Origin: Andalucia godoyi And28
Taxonomy: Eukaryota; Protista; Jakobida
Assembly: GCA_009859145.1 (NCBI GenBank)
Contig: VRVR01000002.1
Location: forward strand, 442,724-506,723
Direction: 5' to 3'
Length of the DNA: 64,000 bases
The notes beneath the pieces were generated by a model. It was not told where the DNA came from, ran no database searches, and saw only the letters and a list, made by a program, of their open reading frames with translations. The position numbers and the translations under genes were made by a program. Positions 1 to 7,000 of this stretch are shown here, one piece after another; within the stretch, counting starts at the first letter, position 1; each line of letters starts with the position of its first letter.

Positions 1-1714
1 CATTCGAAGTGGATGTCCAATTGGAAGCCGATGAAGACGTGGAGTCAGATCCAGGCGAAGCCCCTGGTGGGCTCCCCGCAAAAGAGGCAGGGACGTTGAC
101 GGTGTAAAATGAAGGAGCAAGAATGACCTTCTGTTCATCGCAGTCCACAAGCATGTCCCACCATTCGCATCTTTCCTCGAAAATGGGGTGGGTGGTACCC
201 GCGATGAATCCTTTAACAGACATAAGATCCGTCAGGTGAGTGAGAGACACATATGGAAATAAACGGCGCTTTAGCATTTCGTAGGGAGAGTCCACGACGT
301 CATCCGAAAACAGGAACGGCACTGCCAGCACCAGAAAGACGACGTCCGCAGCAGGCTTTTGTCTAGCAAGAAACATGATCCGTTTCTCAGCGAGAACCGC
401 TGCTACCAGCGGCATCGTATGCGCGGCGAGTAATTCTACCAACCGCGTGGTCGAAACTCTCGGATCATCCAGTCCGACACCGGAGAGTATGGTAGGAAAC
501 GGAAGTGCCACTTCGGTGGACCCAGAGGGCACAGAAAGTACGCTTGCCGACACCGCAGAACTGAGGCTCGCTGACGAATCGCTGGGTGCCAATGAGGAAT
601 TGGACCTGCTCCTGCTCGTCGTGCTCACGATGCCCGGAAACCGCACTTGCACAGAGCACTTCTTTTCGCTCGATTCTGCAGGAAGCACTCTTCTCCATAC
701 ATCATTTCTTGCCTTCTTTAAAGGGTCTGCAAGAAGCGAGCTATGAGTAACAAGGACGTTCGCGGGTAATTTGACAGCATTGATCTTTTGGTAAAACAAG
801 CGCACAATTTCTTCTGCGGGATACGGAGATGACGCAATCTCGTCGCTCATGATTCGCAAGAAAGGCCTCAGCGCATAGCAAGAAGCAGCGGTCGAGGCAA
901 ACGCAACAGATCGAACAGAAGCTCCACGTTTCATGGCTTTGTCCCGCTTCGTAGTCACAAACGCAAAACAGTAATAAACAAGATCCTTATCAAACGCGTC
1001 TCCCACAGCCGAACTCTGCTCATGGTTTTCCGGGGATGTCGGTGAACTATCGAAATTAGTAGATTGAGTAGCACCAGTCGACACAAGGTCCACGTCTTCC
1101 ACAGTCGACGCCTGCACAACCGTAATGCTTGTCCCAAAGACTTCTGCCTCGCGCTCGGTGAAGAAGAGCAGGCCGATGGACGCCGGCAGAGAAGGGTCGG
1201 ATTTTGGCAACGACAGCACGCCGAACACTCCACCAGATGGGTGCGCCTTGTCCACTACCGTGAACGACAGATCTCCCGGATTTTCGTCATCCGCGGCTGA
1301 GGACGGTGTCTTCAGCGGTAGCGACATCAGCAGCGAACCCTCGTCCGTCGTGAAAGCGATCGATTCCTCTGACAAAACAATGTTCTCAGAATGCGAGACA
1401 AGGCCTAGCAACCTTACCCAGTCATTTTGCACAGCATCAAACGTGTACACCCGAGCAGTATGATGCTGTCTCATTACGGAAGGTTGCAAGACCTGGGCGA
1501 CCGCCTTTGAAGGAGTCGACTTTGGTGATCGTGGATTCTGAGGCCGAATGACAAATGCCGTCCAGTCTTCTTGCCGGAGATGTGATCCATCAGGAAGCAT
1601 CAGCTCGGCAAGAGGATGATCATCAATCGGCAGCGGTTGCGGAACCTGACACCGCACAACCGCGCCTTTATCAATATCAAACTCCGCAAACACAAGCGCA
1701 TGAATCAATGCCAT
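1..1714 (-). CDS. Afi1/MesA-type (SPA / DENN-like) polarity or Arf/Rab-regulator protein, 3' end outside the window
   Basis: Not in the ORF track because it runs off the window. ATG at 1714 gives MALIHALVFAEFDIDKGAVVRCQVP...LAELMLPDGSHLRQEDWTAF (Afi1/MesA N-terminal motif). The same minus frame stays open in all segments I translated, through TKRDKAMKRGASVRSVAF, VAAVLAEKRIMFL and RRLFPYVSLTDLMSVKGFIAGTTHPIF (SPA-domain motif). At least 571 codons. Confidence 0.85.
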   Translation of the reverse strand, partial: MALIHALVFAEFDIDKGAVVRCQVPQPLPIDDHPLAELMLPDGSHLRQEDWTAFVIRPQNPRSPKSTPSKAVAQVLQPSVMRQHHTARVYTFDAVQNDWVRLLGLVSHSENIVLSEESIAFTTDEGSLLMSLPLKTPSSAADDENPGDLSFTVVDKAHPSGGVFGVLSLPKSDPSLPASIGLLFFTEREAEVFGTSITVVQASTVEDVDLVSTGATQSTNFDSSPTSPENHEQSSAVGDAFDKDLVYYCFAFVTTKRDKAMKRGASVRSVAFASTAASCYALRPFLRIMSDEIASSPYPAEEIVRLFYQKINAVKLPANVLVTHSSLLADPLKKARNDVWRRVLPAESSEKKCSVQVRFPGIVSTTSRSRSNSSLAPSDSSASLSSAVSASVLSVPSGSTEVALPFPTILSGVGLDDPRVSTTRLVELLAAHTMPLVAAVLAEKRIMFLARQKPAADVVFLVLAVPFLFSDDVVDSPYEMLKRRLFPYVSLTHLTDLMSVKGFIAGTTHPIFEERCEWWDMLVDCDEQKVILAPSFYTVNVPASFAGSPPGASPGSDSTSSSASNWTSTSN

Positions 1715-2135
1715 TTTCGTTTCCTCCCCTCCACCGCTCGCGCTTTGAAAAGTATCTTTTGCCTTTCTATTGGTACTCTTTTTTTCTTTCTTTCGTTTGT
1801 CTTTTCGTTCTTCTTCTTGGAAGCCAAAGACCAAACGGTGATGATGACGACGACAACAACGATGATGATGATCAAAAAATTAAAATAAAATAATAGGTAA
1901 TAATAAAATGCGTGGGAGTTGAGACAACGTTCTTCTATCCTCAAGTGGCGCACTTGAATTCGAGACGGTGTTTTTTCTTTTTTGAGGTCGCAAAATAAAA
2001 AGTGCGCTTTCTTTTCCCGCATTTGCTTAGTCTGTTTATGACTTTGATCTTCCTTCATACTGCACATCACAAAACATTGTGTATTAATCGGAGGGTGGGT
2101 TGGATTAGATATATATAATTTTTTTTTTGTAAATT

Positions 2136-3026
2136 ATGGCACCTTTTGAGCAGACATTGTTTGGTCAGTACATGCTGGGTTCGGCCGCCGGATTGGTGGC
2201 GGTGTCGTGCACACACCCGATGGATCTTGTGAAGGTGCGGATGCAGCTTGCGAAGAAGGCAGCAGCGGCAACAGCATCCAGTGCGACGACGACTGCAAGG
2301 CCGCTAGGGGTGCTTGGGACGGCGGCGCAAGTTGTCCGAACGAAGGGGGTGTTTGGACTGTACAACGGGCTTACGGCCGCGTACACTCGGCAAGTGCTGT
2401 ATACAGGCACGCGGATTGCGGTGTATGATGCGCTAAAAGGATTGTTGTCGTCGGGTGACAAGCAGAGCTCGCCGTCGATGGCAAAGAAAGCAATTGCTGC
2501 AGCAGTCTGCGGATCAGTTGGAGCCGCCGTCGCGTGTCCCGCGGATGTCGTCATGGTCCGTATGCAGTCGAATGCATATCCATACAAGAACATTGCAGAT
2601 GGGCTGGTGCAGCTCACGAGAACCGAGGGTGTTGCAAGACTGTGGTCCGGCGCCACACCGACAATGCTCCGTGCGTCATTGGTTGCGATCGGGCAGCTCG
2701 CAGTCTACGACCAGACGAGAGATGCCCTTATCCATGCGGGGTATTTGAAGGCTGGACCTGCGGCGTACTTTGTTGCCTCCATGGTTGCTGGCTTTGCTGC
2801 AACTGCTTTTTCCAATCCAGTGGATGTTGTGAAAACCAGGGTCATGAACGGCTCATCTCCGGACCCGGTCGCTTGCGTCCGGGATATGATGAGAAACGAG
2901 GGTCCAATGGCATTTTGGAAAGGATTTGTTCCCAACTGGGCCAGACAAGGGCCGCAGACAATGATTACTATGGTGGCATACAACATTTTGCTCGATTTTG
3001 TCAAGGGTCGATCAAGTGCAAAGTAG
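2136..3026 (+). CDS. Mitochondrial carrier (SLC25), dicarboxylate/2-oxoglutarate carrier-like
   Basis: 296 aa with three Px[DE]xx[KR]xR signatures (HPMDLVKVRMQ, CPADVVMVRMQ, NPVDVVKTRVM). GLTAAYTRQVLYTGTRIAVYD and FWKGFVPNWARQGP resemble DIC/OGC/UCP-type carriers. Confidence 0.95.
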   Translation: MAPFEQTLFGQYMLGSAAGLVAVSCTHPMDLVKVRMQLAKKAAAATASSATTTARPLGVLGTAAQVVRTKGVFGLYNGLTAAYTRQVLYTGTRIAVYDALKGLLSSGDKQSSPSMAKKAIAAAVCGSVGAAVACPADVVMVRMQSNAYPYKNIADGLVQLTRTEGVARLWSGATPTMLRASLVAIGQLAVYDQTRDALIHAGYLKAGPAAYFVASMVAGFAATAFSNPVDVVKTRVMNGSSPDPVACVRDMMRNEGPMAFWKGFVPNWARQGPQTMITMVAYNILLDFVKGRSSAK

Positions 3027-3125
3027 TCGGAACATGTCAACGCATCTGCATAGGATGGCCACCGAGTGGCATGGTAGTGCTTAGAGTATTTGTGAATTTG
3101 AACCACAGTTCCTCCGTTAAATTAA

Positions 3126-3126
<1 letters not shown>

Positions 3127-3156
<30 letters not shown>
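3127..3156. repeat. (AAC)10 microsatellite
   Basis: Read directly from the sequence. It lies between the carrier 3' end and the Fanzor-like remnant. Confidence 0.95.
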
Positions 3157-3158
<2 letters not shown>

Positions 3159-3319
3159 GAAACCACGAAAACAAGGACACCTGTCTTCAACACAACGTTT
3201 CTTCGCCCATCTCCAAGTTCCAGAGAGCCTCTGCTGTTGCCTTGGCGAGGGCGTCTGCAATACATTTGGTAAGGTCCCCAGGGATTCATAGCAGGACAGA
3301 ACAATTCGCGGAGCAGCAA

Positions 3320-3770
3320 CTGCAACTGCGCTGGCAGACGGCAAGTCCGGACTGTCGACGGCACTTGCTCCGTAACCTTTGTCGATACCATCTCTAGTGC
3401 TCAACATAGATCGGACTGAATCATCGCAAACACATTAACCCAGCAGTCGGAACAGATCCCTCACTGCAATTTGCAAGAATGAACTCAGCCCCTATTCGAC
3501 CAGGCACAGACCTCGTTCAGCTGGGAAGCAGCTTCCCCTCAAAGCGTGCGGTGCTTGTATCCTCCATCCGACGATCCATCGAGAAGCGGTTCAGGGCACT
3601 TCGAGCCTATCGACGAGTACTGCACGACCAAGAAGTGCTGCGCATGCGGAGGCTCGAGAGTCCGGCACTGCACCGTGAGCGTTTTCGTGTCCCCGGGGGG
3701 TTGAGACACCGTGCCACAGAGAACTGTCCATCTAACCACCGCTGCGTGGGCCGCGATGAGCATTCGTGAG
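3320..3770 (+). pseudogene. Degenerate Fanzor/TnpB-like RuvC + zinc-finger nuclease remnant (transposon-derived)
   Basis: Joining two plus frames gives DLVQLGSSFPSKRAVLVSSIRRSIEKRFRALR (3509-3604, frame 2) / IDEYCTTKKCCACGG (3609-3653, frame 3) / GLRHRATENC...VGRD (3698-3757, frame 2) / AAMSIR (3750-3767, frame 3). This order matches the Fanzor C-terminal half: xxxG...RRxxEKRF-xx-(V/I)DE(F/Y)xTSxxCxxCG...C...NRDxNAAxNI. Several frameshifts and stops are present, and no clear RuvC-I DPG motif remains. Confidence 0.6.
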
Positions 3771-3850
3771 TCCAGTCGCGGTTTCTTGTATCGGAATCCA
3801 TCGGGGTATTCCCAGTGCAAGCGAGTTGGAGTCTCTCGCGTAGGGGACTC
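3768..3850 (+). ncRNA. Candidate structured RNA (possible omegaRNA scaffold) directly 3' of the Fanzor-like remnant
   Basis: Closing stem GAGTCC(3768-3773)/GGACTC(3845-3850). Either CGCG(3777-3780)/CGCG(3837-3840) or the alternative hairpin GCGAG(3821-3825)/CTCGC(3835-3839) can form inside it, plus a small GGG-TATT-CCC hairpin (3804-3813). Function is inferred from position only. Confidence 0.25.
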
Positions 3851-4085
3851 ATGAAAATCATTATAATGACTGCGGAACACACGACGGAAATGGAAAATTT
3901 GCGCGATGGCCAATTTGAGTCTGTCAGTACGAAGAGCCTGCAGGTTTTTTGGACGAGTATTTTTATAATCTTTAATATTGTAAATTTCGAAGAGATTATC
4001 AGAGATTTCTTTGTTTCTTCATATTTCTTTGATTGATTATATATCAAATTGGACCTTTCACACGACGTATTTATTCGGATACGTA

Positions 4086-7000
4086 ATGAGCAAGGTGACA
4101 CATCGGTTCATTTTAGATTCTGATTCTGATTCGAAGTCAGAGATAGAGATAGGGATAGAGATAAAGTCACAGTCAGATGGTGATTATGACAGTGATGAGC
4201 GGTCCGTCACCCAACAGGAGGACATGGAGGGCCGGAAAGGATCGCAGTTGCACGGCGACAGTGGGACTGAAGAGGATTCGATAGACGTGGAATTCTCGGA
4301 TGTGGAAAGTGAGCAGATCAGAAACGTTTTGGAAACCGAAGAGAATCCGGGCAGTCGGAAGAATTGGAAAAAAGGAACAGGAGGAGCAGAGGAAGAGGAA
4401 GAACGGTTCAGATCACACGTGATGACGAAAGCAGATGCTCTTCGGTTTCGGAAAAGACTCCGAATTTCTGCTGCCTGCATTTCTGAAATCCAAATGACTG
4501 TTAGAAATCGCTTTTTGATGGATATTCACGATTACCATGACCAGTATTTGGAGAACGACGAGGATCTGGAACTGGGGCTGCTTGACTTCGATACTGAAGA
4601 TGCTGCCAAAGCGCCCACAGCCGTCAGAACACAACTTCGGTGGGAAATCATTTCAGAGGCGTTTTCATATGAGACCACAAGGGACACGATCGAAGAGCTG
4701 ATACGAGAGGACCAAGCTGAGCAAAAGAGGAGGAGTAGATTGCCGAGCAATGTTTCAGGGACGCCGGCTTTGGGCTCGAATCCGAATTCGAAGTATTTGA
4801 AACAGCCGGACACTGCAGGAGACGAAGAACTCGGTTTTGGGAACGGAGTGGCATCTCCTCCACGGACCTCGGACCTGCCTGTCCAAATGCCGGGGAGTCC
4901 AGGGGTGCGGGTCTCTGAGTCGGAGAACGATGCGGAGTTTCGCTCCACAAGGAAGAAGAAGCGAATTGCGCCGCAGGTTCTGCGCGACTCTGATTTTTCT
5001 GATTCTTCTGACTATGGAAGTGACGCAAATGGTGTTTTCGGTGAATATGACGTGGATGCGAATGCGGATGCACGCGCGAGTCAAGCTGCTGCCTTTCGAG
5101 CACAAGTGCTTCAAACAGCACTCCACATCCAGTCTTCAGATCTGCAGTCTCTTATTGACCGCCTGAAGCAGTTTCCAGGGGAGAAGCCACCGGCAATGTC
5201 AGATGATACTTGGAAAAATCAGTTTGTTGTGTATGGAACACGGCTTGTCAAAGGCAGAGGTGTCCTTCCGAATTTTGCGGATCTTGTGAAGCACGACCGC
5301 GAGCAGTTGGCAAAGCTTGTTGGACAAGTGGTAGACACAGTATCCTCGTCGCGACTGTCGAGAAACGTGCAGGAAGCCGTTCGGTCTCTGTGGAAAGGAG
5401 TAGATCCTCGAATTCATCTGCTTGCAGTCCACACGGTTCTGATGGAATGCAGCGAGTCCAAGGATTACAGAATTTTCCAGAGTCATGCAACTCGGAATGT
5501 TCCCACACCGAAGATCGATCCACCCGGCAGCACAGCCGTTTCCGCCAGCAATTCTAAACTGGACATCGAGGCAACGCCGGTAGAAGAAGTAGAAGAGGGA
5601 GGAGAAACCGATGAATCAGACAATGATTCCATCGTAAATGGGTTTGTCGATGACTCGGAGCTGGAGGAGCGCTCCGAGAGAACCGTCGAAGCTTGGGATG
5701 CGCTTCGGCTTGCTTCCGAAGAAGGGTTGTTTGGGCCGAGAAGACAAGCCTTGTACACGAACTCCTCCACGGTTACTCCTGTCGGACCTGGTGTTCCCGT
5801 TAAAATTGCATATCGCAAAAGAGGTACTCCCCGCGAGGCAACGATTGCAAGCGGAGAGATGCGCCGAGATTCTCAACTTCCAGTTCAGACTCCTGCTCCA
5901 TTCATCTTGAATTTGCCTTCTGAAGGAATCGATAAACGTATTCCCTACGTTATAATTGACAGCGATGACAGCGATGACGGCGATGACGGCAATTGTGGCG
6001 GTGATGGCGATGATGGAGAGAGGGAAGAAGAAGCGGAAGACGTTGTTGATGATGCCAATGACGACAGTGACGACGACGACTTCAGACCTGTGCTTCGAAA
6101 GACATGGACATCCGCAGGCAGTACATACTTGTCAGGAAACGACAGCGACGTAGAAGTGATATCAAGTAATTCAAATGCCAGAAAACGCGGTATTTCGGAA
6201 TTGGGGCGTGCCCAGGAACAGACTGTGCAGCCGGCATTAAAATTGCTGAAATTGGCAGGGAATCGCGGTGCTGCCGCTGCTGCTCTTGAAGCCTCCAGGG
6301 AAACCAGAGAAGAGGAGGAGGATATTCTTCCCAGACCGGTGAAAGGGAAGAGGATCACCCGGAGGACCCTTGACGATTCAGAAAATGACGCAACCGGAAG
6401 CGATGTTTCGAGTTATGAAGAGGATTTGGAGCTCGGCGCGGAGGAGGAGAGCGACAGCGGAGGCCTTGGTGCTGTTGCAACACGCTCCACTTCGAGAACA
6501 AGAAGTAATCCGCGAATTGGTGATGGGCATTTGATCAAGGCGATTCCTGGTCGATTTCCTTCCGCTCCGTTGTTTTGGTTCCCGAATTTGCTGTCTGCCA
6601 CTTCCTTGACTTCTGAAGAGAAATCGCAGCTTTCGGCGGATGGCTTTCGACCATTTGCCCCCGACGTGGTGGCATTGAGGGCGCACGAGCTCCCTCGTGG
6701 TCCACATTGTGACGCTCTGGACAGATTCTTGTTAAAGCTGTCCGGACCAGAAGATGTCGTAGGCGTCGCGTCTATAGTTCCACGCTGCAACCTTGATTTC
6801 GACAACACGCGAGCTCCTTTCTTATCTTCGTACAGCATGAGAGGCATCGCCTCAGAATCGGCTCCGAGTCACAGAATGGTTCACAAGAACTTCGCGGGGA
6901 CCTTGGAGCGAAAAACCATACGCTTTGTCAGAAGCCCTAACATCCCAGCCAGTGTATGGAAGCATCGGTTTTTTAGGAAAGAGATGGCATTCCAGACGCA

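Noticed and set aside
2534-3397. 287-aa plus-strand ORF overlapping the carrier and running through the AAC repeat
   Set aside because: It is an off-frame read-through of the carrier 3' half and a microsatellite (poly-Thr). Only its last ~25 codons may belong to the Fanzor-like remnant.
3778-3794. Weak similarity (about 13 of 17 nt) between CGGTTTCTTGTATCGG in the putative omegaRNA region and CGATTCCTTGTAATCGA in the dispersed 65-bp element
   Set aside because: It is too short and gapped to exceed chance, and the flanks do not align. Worth re-testing only if more copies of either element are found.
3607-4101. Minus-strand ORF containing RNRD, superficially like a RuvC-III motif
   Set aside because: There is no upstream DE/CxxC context on that strand. 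The coherent motif order is on the plus strand.
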